64,000 nucleotides of DNA from an uncultured bacterium (GCA_965368975.1 CBDUPA010000001.1:448001-512000), one strand, 5' to 3'. Positions 26,030 to 35,812 are shown, counted from the stretch's first letter. The notes: generated by a model from the sequence alone, not told the origin. Numbers and translations: made by a program.

Positions 26030-28360
26030 TCACAAGATCTCGACCTCCACAGGTCCCTTGATGCGCGCCATGCAGGCCAGGCGGCAGTCTTTGCCTTCCA
26101 GGCCGCACAGATCCTCCAGCGTCTCGACTTCGCCCGCCGCGGCTGGGGTCTCGACGTTCTCGAGGCCGGCGACGATGCGGATCGGGTCGCTGCCGCAGAT
26201 GCCGGAGTGGCACTCGGCGTTGATGCGGATGCCGTGCGCTTCGGCGACGTCGCACAGGGTTTGGCCGGGGAGCACCGGTAGCGGGCCGCCGTGACCGCGG
26301 AAGGTGACGCTGGGGCCATCCGGGGCTGGACTGCCAGCCGCGGGGGTGGCTGCGGGCTTGACTTCACTGACCGGTCTCGGTGGTGCCGGGCCGGAGGCGT
26401 CGAGGACGGCGTCGGGGTCCTGGCTGAAGGCCAGGTTTTGCTGGCCGAGCTGGAACTGGTCGCCGTGTTCGAGCTTGACGGCGCTGCGCACTCGGAGGTA
26501 AGTGCCATTGGCGCTCTTCAGGTCCTTGACCAGAACCCGCGCCTTCTGATCTGCCCCTCGCTCGACGGTCAGGGCGAGGTGGCGACGGGAGAGGGTGCCA
26601 TCCGGGCCGAGGGTGATGTCGGGGGCGCGGCGGCCGAGGACGAGGGTGCCGTTGGGGAGAGGGTGCTGGCCGATCTCTCTGCCTTCGGCGTCGAAGTGAC
26701 GCAGAACCAGGTCTCCGTGCAGGTTGCCGGTGGCATCGGCGTCGGCGAGGAGCAGGAACTGGCGGCCGGCGCGCAGCAGGTCGCCGGCTTCGAGGGGCAG
26801 CTTGCGGCGGGCCGGGACGCGCAGGAAGACGCCGGTGTTGGAGCCGTCGTCGCGCAGGAAGGTACCTTCGTCGGTGGCGGCGATGGAGGCGTGGCGATTG
26901 CTGAGCAAGGGGTCGGCGGGGAAGTTGAGGTCGCAGTCCTGACGGCCGAAGGTGACGACACTACCGGGGGCGATCGGGTGTTCTTCGCCCTGGACGTTGC
27001 CGGGCAAGAGTTGCACGATGGCGGCGTAGCTGTCGGCCGGGTGCTCTCCGGCCGGTTCGGTGGCGCCGGCCGCTTCCAGGGCTTCGGCGAGGTCCTCGCG
27101 CTCGAGCCGGGAGGTGGAGGTCGCGACGCTGGTGCGGCCGAGGTGGGCGACGGGAGACTCGGCGGCGCCTTCGAGGTCGTCGGCGTCAGCGACGGTGAGG
27201 TCGATGTCGCTCTTACCCTCGAGGCGTTGGCGCACCACCTGGGCGATCAGGACGCCGTCGCGCAGCGCACTCTTGATGTTGCCACGGTGGCGGATCTCGC
27301 GGAAGCCGGCGGGGTCGGCGTCGAAGTCGTCGGTCTCGAAGTAGGCCTGGCTGAGGATGTCGCCGGCCAGGTAGACGTGGGGCAGGGCCGTCTCGAGGTA
27401 GCGGTTGGTGACCATGCGCTTGCGGTTCTTGGGGCCGCCGGTGACCATGGCGATGCCGAACGAGGCGAGCAGGCTCTCGGGGATGTCCTCGCCGATGCAG
27501 GCGATGCAGCTGTCCTTGGGGAATTCGAGGTGCGACGTCTCGGCGGGGCGTCCTTCCATCTTGCGGCGATCGACCCGCACGGCGAGGTACTCCTGGCGAT
27601 CGTCGCCGACCAGCACGGCGGCGGGCTCGCTGTTCGGGTAGTAGCGGATGTTGCCGTTCCCGACGTAGGCCTCGAAGAAGACTTCGGCCAGGGCCTTGGA
27701 TACCCGGGGCATCTTGTCGCCGCGGTAGGACCAGTAGATGGCGCTGGGGTCGCTGGCCTGGGCCTTGGCGTGTGAGATGGCGATGACGGCTTCGGCGGCC
27801 GAGGTGCCGCCGCCGAGGATGCAGGTGGGGCGGCCGACGTAGGTGGCGGGGTCGTCGAGACGGTGCGGGATGCCCTCGGTGTTGCCGGGGATGTCGAAGC
27901 GGCGCGGCACGCCGCGGCCAATGGCGAGCACGACGTGGCGGGCCAGCAGGCAGCCGTCGCAGCGCTGGCCGTGGTCCCAGATCGACGCCTCGTAGATGTC
28001 GTGGCCGCGGGCATCCGGGCGGCGGCTCAGACCGGTCAGCTCGATGCCCAGCCGGCGCGGCACGGCGCCGCGGCCGTAGTGCCCCTTCCAGGTGGCGCAC
28101 ATGTCGTCTTTGTCGATCGGTGAGAAGCGTAGCGCGTCGATCAGCTCGCCGCCACGGGGGAAGCGCATGCGGTCGCCGCCGCCGAAGCTGGGCAGGATGA
28201 GCTTGTCCTTGGAGTAGTCGCGGATGCGCTTCATCAGGTCGTCGTATTCGATCACCAGCGCATCCAGCCCCAACTCGCGAGCACGAAAGGCAGCGGCGGT
28301 GCCGGCGGGGCCACCACCGACGATCAGCAGGTCCAGGACGTGTTCGGTCGGCGCACTCAT
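26030..28360 (-). CDS. FAD/NAD(P)H oxidoreductase (TrxB/FNR-like) fused to two FHA domains and a [2Fe-2S] ferredoxin
   Basis: GGGPAG, GGGTSAAE and YLAGD motifs; FHA motifs FGR..SNRH and LGR..SRRH..SANGT; C-terminal CHSGICGSD...CRLAC. Confidence 0.88.
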   Translation of the reverse strand: MSAPTEHVLDLLIVGGGPAGTAAAFRARELGLDALVIEYDDLMKRIRDYSKDKLILPSFGGGDRMRFPRGGELIDALRFSPIDKDDMCATWKGHYGRGAVPRRLGIELTGLSRRPDARGHDIYEASIWDHGQRCDGCLLARHVVLAIGRGVPRRFDIPGNTEGIPHRLDDPATYVGRPTCILGGGTSAAEAVIAISHAKAQASDPSAIYWSYRGDKMPRVSKALAEVFFEAYVGNGNIRYYPNSEPAAVLVGDDRQEYLAVRVDRRKMEGRPAETSHLEFPKDSCIACIGEDIPESLLASFGIAMVTGGPKNRKRMVTNRYLETALPHVYLAGDILSQAYFETDDFDADPAGFREIRHRGNIKSALRDGVLIAQVVRQRLEGKSDIDLTVADADDLEGAAESPVAHLGRTSVATSTSRLEREDLAEALEAAGATEPAGEHPADSYAAIVQLLPGNVQGEEHPIAPGSVVTFGRQDCDLNFPADPLLSNRHASIAATDEGTFLRDDGSNTGVFLRVPARRKLPLEAGDLLRAGRQFLLLADADATGNLHGDLVLRHFDAEGREIGQHPLPNGTLVLGRRAPDITLGPDGTLSRRHLALTVERGADQKARVLVKDLKSANGTYLRVRSAVKLEHGDQFQLGQQNLAFSQDPDAVLDASGPAPPRPVSEVKPAATPAAGSPAPDGPSVTFRGHGGPLPVLPGQTLCDVAEAHGIRINAECHSGICGSDPIRIVAGLENVETPAAAGEVETLEDLCGLEGKDCRLACMARIKGPVEVEIL

Positions 28361-28382
28361 GGTCGTCTCCGTACTCTCGTGC

Positions 28383-29327
28383 TCAGGTCGACGGCTCAGC
28401 GATGGGCAGCAGCCAGCCTTCGACGGCGCCGAAGCGCAGGCGGCTGCTGAGGGGGATCTCGACGGTGTCTTCGATCTGCACGTCGTTGACGTAGGTGTGG
28501 TTGCGGCTGCCCTCGTCGCGCACGTGCAGGACGCCGTCGCCGACGGTCAGGGTGGCGTGGCGGCGCGACAGGTTGAGGCTCTCCAGCTGGATGCCGGCTT
28601 CGTTGCCGCGGCCGATCAGGTTGTCGCCGAAGTGCAAGCGGAAGCGCCGGCTCGGCTGGTCGCTGTCGGTGAGCACCAGGTAGAAGGGGGCCGGGACGAG
28701 GTCTTGCACAGCGTCCGCCGCGGTGGCCTCTTGCACGGGGGCTGCTGCGCCGGGTTCTTGCGCTGAGTCCTCTGCCGCGATGGGGGGAGCCTTGTCCACC
28801 ACGAAGGCACTCGGAAGCGCCATCGGCAGGGCTTCGTACTCGGTCTTCTCATGTGCCTCGACGTCGGCCTCGTCAGCGGGCTTGGTGGCACCGGGCAGGC
28901 TGGGCGGCAGGATCAGCGGGCTGGACTCGAAGACGGTGCGCTCGGCCTCCGGGATGTCGGCCTCGGGTTGGCGGGTCGAGGGTTGCGGCGCTGCGGAGGC
29001 CACCGGCTGGCGGCCTTGACGCAAGGCGGTGAGCTGGAAGTCCTGGAAGATGAAGTCCGCGTCCGCGAAGGTGATGACGTGCAGGTGGCCGAGGGCTTCG
29101 GCGCCCTGGATGCGCTCGCCGTCGAGGCGGGTGCCGTTGCGGCTGCCAAGATCTTCGAGCAGGTAGCAGCCGCGTACGGGGTCGAAGCGGATGCGCGCGT
29201 GCTTGCCGGAGACGGCGTCGCGGCCGAGGGGGATGGTGTTGTCCGGGTGACGGCCGATCGTGGTCTCGCCGGTGATCGGGTACTCTCCCTGGTCGGTTCC
29301 GGTCTTGCGCAGCAGGCGGGCGGGCAT
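28383..29327 (-). CDS. Double FHA-domain protein
   Basis: IGR..SGKH..GSRNGT and IGR..SRRH..GSRNHT motifs separated by a Pro/Ala/Glu linker. Confidence 0.9.
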   Translation of the reverse strand: MPARLLRKTGTDQGEYPITGETTIGRHPDNTIPLGRDAVSGKHARIRFDPVRGCYLLEDLGSRNGTRLDGERIQGAEALGHLHVITFADADFIFQDFQLTALRQGRQPVASAAPQPSTRQPEADIPEAERTVFESSPLILPPSLPGATKPADEADVEAHEKTEYEALPMALPSAFVVDKAPPIAAEDSAQEPGAAAPVQEATAADAVQDLVPAPFYLVLTDSDQPSRRFRLHFGDNLIGRGNEAGIQLESLNLSRRHATLTVGDGVLHVRDEGSRNHTYVNDVQIEDTVEIPLSSRLRFGAVEGWLLPIAEPST

Positions 29328-29360
29328 GGTGTTACCTCTCGAGGAGCGGCGATCCGGTCG

Positions 29361-30983
29361 TCAGTTCAGGTACAGCAGCAGGTTGGACTGCCGGCTCTTG
29401 TCCGGGTGGAAGAGGTGGCAGGTGGTGCAGCTGGAGGCGACGGTACTCGGTCGGTGGCACTCGCGGCAGGTCTCGATGTGCGGCAGGTTGGTGATCTGGG
29501 CACCGTCGCGGCTGGCGAACTCTTCGGGCACGGTCTCGGCGGTCGGCGGGATCTGTTCCAGGGCTTCGAGAATCGGGATTTCGGTATGGCAGTCCAGGCA
29601 GCGACGCTGCACGATGTGGGCGCGGTGGTTGAATTCAGCGCGGCGCAGGCGGCGCTGGTCTTTCTGTACGCGCGCGATGGTGGCGCGGTCGAGCTGGTGG
29701 CAATTGCGGCAGGGCTGTGTCAGGTCTGCAGCTACCTGGTTCAGCTCGGCGGTGCGCTCGGCGCTGAGCGCTGGATTGGGCTCGGCCAGGGCGAGCAGGA
29801 ACTCGGTTTCGTCGAGCGGCGTGAAGGGATCGCGCAGGGCCCGACGCAGGTTGCGCAGCAGCACGTCGACGCGAGCCAGCTCTGTCTGGATCTCGGGTTC
29901 CGGCCGGTCGCGCAGGCCGGCGGCCTGGGCTTCGAGCGCGTCGATGGCTTCTTCGTAGAGCACGTGCTGATCCCCGTCGGGTGTCGCGGTCGACGCCTTG
30001 AGCAGGTCGGCGAGGCCGCCGTCGACGTAGAGCTGACGGCGCAGCTGGCGCAGGTTGTACAGGATCCACGGGTCCTCGTGGTGCAGCGTGGTCTTGGTGA
30101 CGCGGCTGCCAGCCTGGCGGAACTCGCTTTCGCTGGCGTAGCGCAGCCACTCGGCGTCCGGACCACCGCGGGCGCGGATGGTGGCCAGGGTTTCGACGCC
30201 CGGTGGATCGTCGCCCGCGAGGGCGGCTGTGCCCACGGGCAGCCTCGGCGTCGCCACGCCGGTGTCGAGGTGGCAGGCGTCGCAGTGACGGTCGAAGTCG
30301 ATGGACTGGAAGTTGCGACCATCGGGCTGCGGGTTGTGGCAGTAGAGGCAGGAGACCTCGACGTCGACCAGTTGTTGCTCTTTCATCACCTCGCGCACGT
30401 GGCGAATGTGCGGGAAGCTGAGGTTGGTGTCGTCGGGGCGGTTCTCGACAGCGAAGTCGAACTGCGGATGGCCACCACCGCCCGCGTTGTTGGCGAAGCG
30501 GCCGGCGTCGTGGCAGACGATGCACTGGGCGTCGCGCACCTGGGTGAGCTGGGCGTCGCGGCCGCCGTGTTCAGTATGGCAGCTGGCGCAGGGCATCTCG
30601 TGCTCGTGGGGCACCAGGCGTTGGAAGTCGTCGCTGCGGTAGAGGTAGTGCGAGGCGAAGCTGAAGGTACCGAGGTCGTCGCCGACTTTCTCGTGGCAGC
30701 TGGCGCAGTTCTGGTCGGCGACGGCGTCGAAGCCGCTGTGGCAGGCGGCGCAGTCCTGGCTCAGCGTCGCGTGCGCGGACGACAACGGACCTCGCGTCAC
30801 GAGACTGGGACCTCGCAGCCACGCCACGAGGCTGAACAACACGACCAGCACGACGGCAGCCAGCAGGCCGTAGGCGAGCAGCCGGTCGCGCTTGTCGGCG
30901 GGGTGCTTGCCGGGGTAGAGGTAGCCCTGGCTGATCGGTAGCCTGACCTTGCCGAAGATGCCTTTGTGGGTGTCGTTTTTCAT
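29361..30983 (-). CDS. Membrane-anchored decaheme cytochrome c (c3-like)
   Basis: N-terminal TM; 10 CxxCH (CAACH, CASCH, CASCH, CIVCH, CLYCH, CDACH, CRNCH, CLDCH, CRECH, CTTCH); FPH and FNH distal-His motifs. Confidence 0.92.
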   Translation of the reverse strand: MKNDTHKGIFGKVRLPISQGYLYPGKHPADKRDRLLAYGLLAAVVLVVLFSLVAWLRGPSLVTRGPLSSAHATLSQDCAACHSGFDAVADQNCASCHEKVGDDLGTFSFASHYLYRSDDFQRLVPHEHEMPCASCHTEHGGRDAQLTQVRDAQCIVCHDAGRFANNAGGGGHPQFDFAVENRPDDTNLSFPHIRHVREVMKEQQLVDVEVSCLYCHNPQPDGRNFQSIDFDRHCDACHLDTGVATPRLPVGTAALAGDDPPGVETLATIRARGGPDAEWLRYASESEFRQAGSRVTKTTLHHEDPWILYNLRQLRRQLYVDGGLADLLKASTATPDGDQHVLYEEAIDALEAQAAGLRDRPEPEIQTELARVDVLLRNLRRALRDPFTPLDETEFLLALAEPNPALSAERTAELNQVAADLTQPCRNCHQLDRATIARVQKDQRRLRRAEFNHRAHIVQRRCLDCHTEIPILEALEQIPPTAETVPEEFASRDGAQITNLPHIETCRECHRPSTVASSCTTCHLFHPDKSRQSNLLLYLN

Positions 30984-30984
30984 G

Positions 30985-31716
30985 TCAGTAGTAGAGGACC
31001 GCGGCGATGTGGATCAGCACCAGGACCATCAGCACGACGGTCGGCGGCACGTGCAGCAGCAACCAGCCGCGCAGGGCCCACTGCAACGTGTAGTGTGCGT
31101 CGAGAGCCAGCTTGGCGCGGTAGATGCGTTCGAGCTCGCTCAGCCGGGCGCGGTCGTCGTCGCTCAGCAGTTCGTTCAGGTAGTCGGCCTCACGCAGGCG
31201 CGCGGCGCTGCCGCCGCTGATGTCGAGGAAGAAGGAAGCGTTGCGGTTCGGCGCTTCGAGGGCCGGCGCGACGCGGCGGCTGTACAGCGCCTGCACCGGG
31301 CCGCCGCAGCGCGACGCCAGGCGCGCGGCGCGCCGACGCAGATCTTCGACCAGTTCGGGAATGCGCTCGTAGGGGGCTTCCACCGGCAGACCGGCCAGGG
31401 TCACCGGCAGCCAGCGCTGCAAGGCGAGGCCGACGATGCCGCTGAGCACCGTCCAGACGGCGAGTAGCCACAGCGCCCACGACAGGCCGCCGCTGGGCAA
31501 GGAGAAGTCGCTGTGCCAGAGCAGCAGGAGCAGGAAGAGCGAACCGGCCGCCAGATGCAGCCAGAGCCAGGTGCGAGCGCTGCCCAGCTTGCGCCGGGTC
31601 GCCCAGCCCATGGCACGACGGCGGGCACTGTAAAGGCCGGCGAGCACCAGCAGCGCGGTGGCCAGGATGCCGGTGAACACGGGCAGGCTGATGCCGAGCG
31701 AGTCGAGCACGTTCAT
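30985..31716 (-). CDS. 4-TM membrane protein, putative di-heme cytochrome b / ferric reductase-like
   Basis: H-x13-H in TM2 (HLAAGSLFLLLLLWH) and in TM4 (HVPPTVVLMVLVLIH); ATGA overlap with the upstream gene. Confidence 0.75.
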   Translation of the reverse strand: MNVLDSLGISLPVFTGILATALLVLAGLYSARRRAMGWATRRKLGSARTWLWLHLAAGSLFLLLLLWHSDFSLPSGGLSWALWLLAVWTVLSGIVGLALQRWLPVTLAGLPVEAPYERIPELVEDLRRRAARLASRCGGPVQALYSRRVAPALEAPNRNASFFLDISGGSAARLREADYLNELLSDDDRARLSELERIYRAKLALDAHYTLQWALRGWLLLHVPPTVVLMVLVLIHIAAVLYY

Positions 31717-33422
31717 GTCATCAGTTTCCGGATGTCGTCCACCGAGCCGAGGCGGAAGGCACAGCCCTGAGGACAGTTGGAGACGCAGGCCGGGTCGTGG
31801 CCAGTCTCGTGACTGGTGTCGTGGCAGAGGTCGCACTTGCTGGCTACCAGGCGGCGCTCGCCGCGCAGCGCGACGGGGACCATGTCGTCGGGCCACTGCT
31901 CGCCGGTGTCGTGCATGACGATGGCATCGTAGGGGCAGTTGTTGGCGCAGGTGCTGCAGCCGATGCAGATCTCGTCCTCGACGTCGACTACCTGGCCGAT
32001 GCCGGCGCGGTGGATGGCGCCGGTGGGACAGCCCACCAGGCACACCGGATCCTGGCAGTGGTAGCACGAACGCGCGACCAGTAGCTTGCCGACCTTGTCG
32101 CCTTCACGCACGAAGCGCGGCCGGCCGTCGTGGGTGGCGGCGCAGGCGCGGACGCAGTCGTCGCAGCGAGTACAGCGTTCGAGGTCGATGACCAGCATGC
32201 TGCTGCCCTGCACCAGCCCCTGGTCGAGCGCCGTCTGGATGAACTCGGAGCGTCCGACGTCGCGCCGGCTGGCGCCCATTTCCTTGATCCGGTCGGCGGC
32301 ACTCTGCCACAGCCGCTCCTCGATCTCGGGCTTGGCGTCGACCAAGCGCCGGAAGAGCTCGGCCGGGATCTTGACCAGCTCGGCGTACTCGACCGACGAG
32401 GCGGTGGCTTCCCAGCGCGGCGGATCGAGCAGCAACAGCTCGACTTCCCCCAGCGTCATGCCCTTGGAGAGGTAGGTGGCGACGATCTGGCTGTCGATCG
32501 TCGGATGCGTGCTGCCCGTGTCGCCGCCAGTCAGCTTCTGCTCGAGCTTGAGGAAGCCGGAGCGCACCAGGTAGACAGCGTCCGCCGCCTCGCCCTCGCG
32601 CACCACGACCTCACCCGGTTCGATCGACACCAGCTCGACTTCGTTCTCGAGCGCCAAGAGGTAGACGTCGGGCAAATCGGCGAACAGCGGTGTGCTGGCC
32701 AGCTGCACGCGCAGAGTTCGCTCACGGTAGAGGTCGTCCAGACGCTTCTTGAGGTCGTCTGATCGGCGCTTCATCAGGCGCAGCGCGGGCACGCGGATCT
32801 GCACCAGCTTGCACTCGCTGGCGGTGCGTGCGGTGACGCTTTGGGGCCAGCCGCTCATGGCGCCGATCTCGCCGAACAGTTCACCAGCGCCGAGCTTGGC
32901 GGCGGTGCCGCGCGGCAGGTCGAAGTCCATGGTGGCCAGGAAGCCGATCTCGTGCTGGCGTAGGCCCGAAGCGGTCGATATGCGTGGCAAGATTTGCGTC
33001 CCAGCGGCGCCCGCGAAGCTGCCAGTAGCACCTGCGGTGATGTCCGAGACCATGGTGCGCTGGGCGTCAAAGATCGGGGCAGACGTCGCGGGACCGTTGC
33101 TGCCGTGCGCGTCGTCCCCGGGTGTTTGCAAGTAGACTTCGACCTCGCCCTCGATCAGGAAGAAGGCGAGATCGAGAAAGCTACCCTGCTCGAACAGCAC
33201 GACGCCTGGCTGCCAGGTGACGATCGAGATGTCGGGGCTGAGCTTTTCCAGGAACTTGTCGTCGTACGGCGCGAACAGGTCGATCTGGCGCAGCACCGCT
33301 GGCGATGGCTTGTCCGAGATCTGGCGGATACCGGTGTTCTGGCCGTAGCTGCTCCAGCGGTCCCGGTACTGCTCGATGCGCCGCAGCTGCGTCTTGGAGA
33401 TGGCGTCGGTGGTGCTGCTCAT
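31713..33422 (-). CDS. Tandem cNMP-binding domains fused to a DmsB/NrfC-type 4x[4Fe-4S] domain
   Basis: cNMP folds FEQG..LIEGEV..FGEIG and VREGE..VRSG..LGEVE; Fe-S motifs CTRCDDCVRAC, CYHCQDPVCLVGC, CIGCSTCANNC and KCDLC..PACVSNC. Confidence 0.92.
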   Translation of the reverse strand: MSSTTDAISKTQLRRIEQYRDRWSSYGQNTGIRQISDKPSPAVLRQIDLFAPYDDKFLEKLSPDISIVTWQPGVVLFEQGSFLDLAFFLIEGEVEVYLQTPGDDAHGSNGPATSAPIFDAQRTMVSDITAGATGSFAGAAGTQILPRISTASGLRQHEIGFLATMDFDLPRGTAAKLGAGELFGEIGAMSGWPQSVTARTASECKLVQIRVPALRLMKRRSDDLKKRLDDLYRERTLRVQLASTPLFADLPDVYLLALENEVELVSIEPGEVVVREGEAADAVYLVRSGFLKLEQKLTGGDTGSTHPTIDSQIVATYLSKGMTLGEVELLLLDPPRWEATASSVEYAELVKIPAELFRRLVDAKPEIEERLWQSAADRIKEMGASRRDVGRSEFIQTALDQGLVQGSSMLVIDLERCTRCDDCVRACAATHDGRPRFVREGDKVGKLLVARSCYHCQDPVCLVGCPTGAIHRAGIGQVVDVEDEICIGCSTCANNCPYDAIVMHDTGEQWPDDMVPVALRGERRLVASKCDLCHDTSHETGHDPACVSNCPQGCAFRLGSVDDIRKLMT

Positions 33423-35812
33423 GGCGAGGTCTCCCGGCCCGCTGCGGCGTATAGCTGTTCGAGGCGTGTCTTGAGGATGTGCAGCAGGTCTTCGACCGAG
33501 GTGTCGTCCGTGATCTCCGGGAACGGCGGCAGGCCGAGGCTCTGCGCGTCGTCGAGTCGGGACAGCTCTTCCAGGGTACTCGATACCAGGCCCCGGCGCT
33601 GGCTGGCTGGCCGTGGCAGCGGCGGTCCCGCGTGCAGGGCGCGGGTGCGATCATCGCTGGTGGCAGTCGTGCTGGTGGCAGTCGTGCTGGCTGCAGTCGT
33701 GCTGGCTGCAGTCGACCCGGGCCTAGGTCCTGGAGCAGAAGTTGCCGCAGCCGAGGAAGCAGGGTTGGTGGCCTGGGTCGTGGCTCCCTGGCTAGTCGTC
33801 GCTCCGGTGGGCGCGGCCGAAGCCAGCTGGGCGCGTGGGACGTCCGGCACGGCGCCGCGAGCGGCCAGGGCCGTGTCGAACGACGCTTGCAGCACCGCCG
33901 GAGCTTCCAGCTGCACCTGCCAGTGAGCGATCTTGCCCAGGCCGGCGACGTAGTCGAAGCCGGCCCCGGAAGGATGGCCGGAGGAGATCAGGCGCGGGTC
34001 GGTGATGTAGTGGCAGCCGGTGCACAGCTGGGCGCGCGTCGCGGGCTCTTTGAGTTCGCGCATGCCGAGCTGCAAGGCTTGCAGGTAGCCGGGACGCTGC
34101 CGGCCGAGGGCCTTGTCGCCTTCCTGATGTGGCTCGAGGAACTTCTCGGCGCCGCCGTGGCAGCTCTGGCAGCTGACGCCGTCGTTGACTTCGCGCGACT
34201 CCTGGCCGGTGACGACGGTGCCGTGGCAGTCCATGCACAGGCTGGTGCCGCGCGTCATGCGGCTCGGGCTGATGCCATAGAAGCGGGCGATCTGCACGTT
34301 CTTGGGTGACTGGTCGAAGAACGGGTCGATGGAGGTGTAGTGGCGATCGTTGAACCACCAAGCGTTCTGGTCGCCGTGGCACTTCTGGCAGGTACTGGCG
34401 GACAGGACACCGTGTGCCGACGCGGGCCGGAGGCGCGTCTTGGCCTGGCCGCTGGCAGCGACGCCGCCAGTGGCGGCTGCCGGACGCTGGCTGCCCGTCG
34501 CGTTGCCCGAGGAGCCCGGCGCTGGGGAGCTGCCGGGCGCGCCACCGGATGTCGTCCCAGTGTTGGAAGATGCCGTGCCTGGAGCGGCCGTGCCTGGAGC
34601 GGTCGCGGCTCCCGAAGAAGGCTGGTCCGCGGCCAGCTGATTCGCTGACGAGGGGGCCGGGAGTTGATCTTCGGGCAGCGGAATCTCCTCGCCGCGCACC
34701 AGTGGGTCGAGGTCGGCGAGCTGACTGCCGTCGTGATTGTCGAGCACCTCTCGCGTCAGCTCGCCGATACGGTCGGCCGCCGCCAGTAGCGCCTGGCGCT
34801 GGCCGAGCGATGCACGCACGCCCTTGGCGACGCGCAGCATCTCGTCGACCTCGGGCAGGGAGGTCTGCAGCTGTACGCGACGTAGTTCTTGCAGCGAGGA
34901 GCGCAGCCGCTTCTGGGTTGACTTGAAGAAGACGCCGGACTCCGTGGCCGAGGCCAGGCCGCGCAGGCTGTACTCCACCGCCAGCGCGCGGCCGGCGAAG
35001 TAGAGCAGGCGCAGGCGCTCGGGCGGCCGCGGGGCATTGACGGCGACGCCGCCGTGGCGGAAAGAGTCGAGGAAGTTGTGGCGGATGTCCCCCTGCGACC
35101 ATGCGACGAGCTCGAAGTCGGCGCTGCCGAGGGAGTGGCGGCCGACGTTGACCAGCCGCTCGTCCGGCACGGTGTGGCAGCCGAAGCAGCTGGCGACGGT
35201 GGCGTAGATGTCCGAGGGCCGCCGCATGCCGGCGGCGCGGCTGGCGGCGATGCGCTGCTGGCGGTGTTCGGCGGTCTCGGTTTCGAAGGTGTAGTCCTGC
35301 CCGTCCGGAGCCTTGCCGCCATAATCGTTGTGGATGTCGATCCAGTCCGCGGCGGCGCCGTGGCAGGACTCACACGAGACGCCCGAGATGGCGCGCAACT
35401 GGTCCCCCTTGGGCGTCGGCGTGTAGTGGCAGCCCAGGCAGGGGCTGTCGCGTTTCATCAGGCGCAGCCCCAGACGGTCGGCGATCGCCTCCGCGTTCTC
35501 CTGCCGGTGCAAGGTTTTGAAGCCCTCGGCGTGCGGCGTCGTCTGCCACACCTGGAAGGCCGCCAGGTGGCACTCGCCGCAGGACTCGGCGGTGACGACC
35601 TTGGCCGGGTCGAGGTGGTTCAGACCGCCGGGGGCGCGCTCGGGGTCGGCGCTTTGCTGGGCTTCGACGCCGGTTGTCGCCACCAGGGATTCCTCGGCAT
35701 CCGGGCGTAGGGCGGACGGTTGTAGGACCAGTGGCGGCAGGCACACGAACACTGCCGCCAGCAGCCACCAGAAGGGCCGCGTCGAGAGGTTGCTACGCAG
35801 GGTTCGCCGCAT
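33419..35812 (-). CDS. Exported octaheme cytochrome c (two c554-like tetraheme domains)
   Basis: Signal/TM; CGECH, CLGCH, CESCH, CFGCH, then a low-complexity linker, then CQKCH, CMDCH, CQSCH, CTGCH. Confidence 0.92.
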   Translation of the reverse strand: MRRTLRSNLSTRPFWWLLAAVFVCLPPLVLQPSALRPDAEESLVATTGVEAQQSADPERAPGGLNHLDPAKVVTAESCGECHLAAFQVWQTTPHAEGFKTLHRQENAEAIADRLGLRLMKRDSPCLGCHYTPTPKGDQLRAISGVSCESCHGAAADWIDIHNDYGGKAPDGQDYTFETETAEHRQQRIAASRAAGMRRPSDIYATVASCFGCHTVPDERLVNVGRHSLGSADFELVAWSQGDIRHNFLDSFRHGGVAVNAPRPPERLRLLYFAGRALAVEYSLRGLASATESGVFFKSTQKRLRSSLQELRRVQLQTSLPEVDEMLRVAKGVRASLGQRQALLAAADRIGELTREVLDNHDGSQLADLDPLVRGEEIPLPEDQLPAPSSANQLAADQPSSGAATAPGTAAPGTASSNTGTTSGGAPGSSPAPGSSGNATGSQRPAAATGGVAASGQAKTRLRPASAHGVLSASTCQKCHGDQNAWWFNDRHYTSIDPFFDQSPKNVQIARFYGISPSRMTRGTSLCMDCHGTVVTGQESREVNDGVSCQSCHGGAEKFLEPHQEGDKALGRQRPGYLQALQLGMRELKEPATRAQLCTGCHYITDPRLISSGHPSGAGFDYVAGLGKIAHWQVQLEAPAVLQASFDTALAARGAVPDVPRAQLASAAPTGATTSQGATTQATNPASSAAATSAPGPRPGSTAASTTAASTTATSTTATSDDRTRALHAGPPLPRPASQRRGLVSSTLEELSRLDDAQSLGLPPFPEITDDTSVEDLLHILKTRLEQLYAAAGRETSP
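33663..33714. repeat. 15-bp tandem repeat (TAAST/TATST linker)
   Basis: GCAGTCGTGCTGG(TG/CT) x3 plus a partial copy. Confidence 0.8.
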
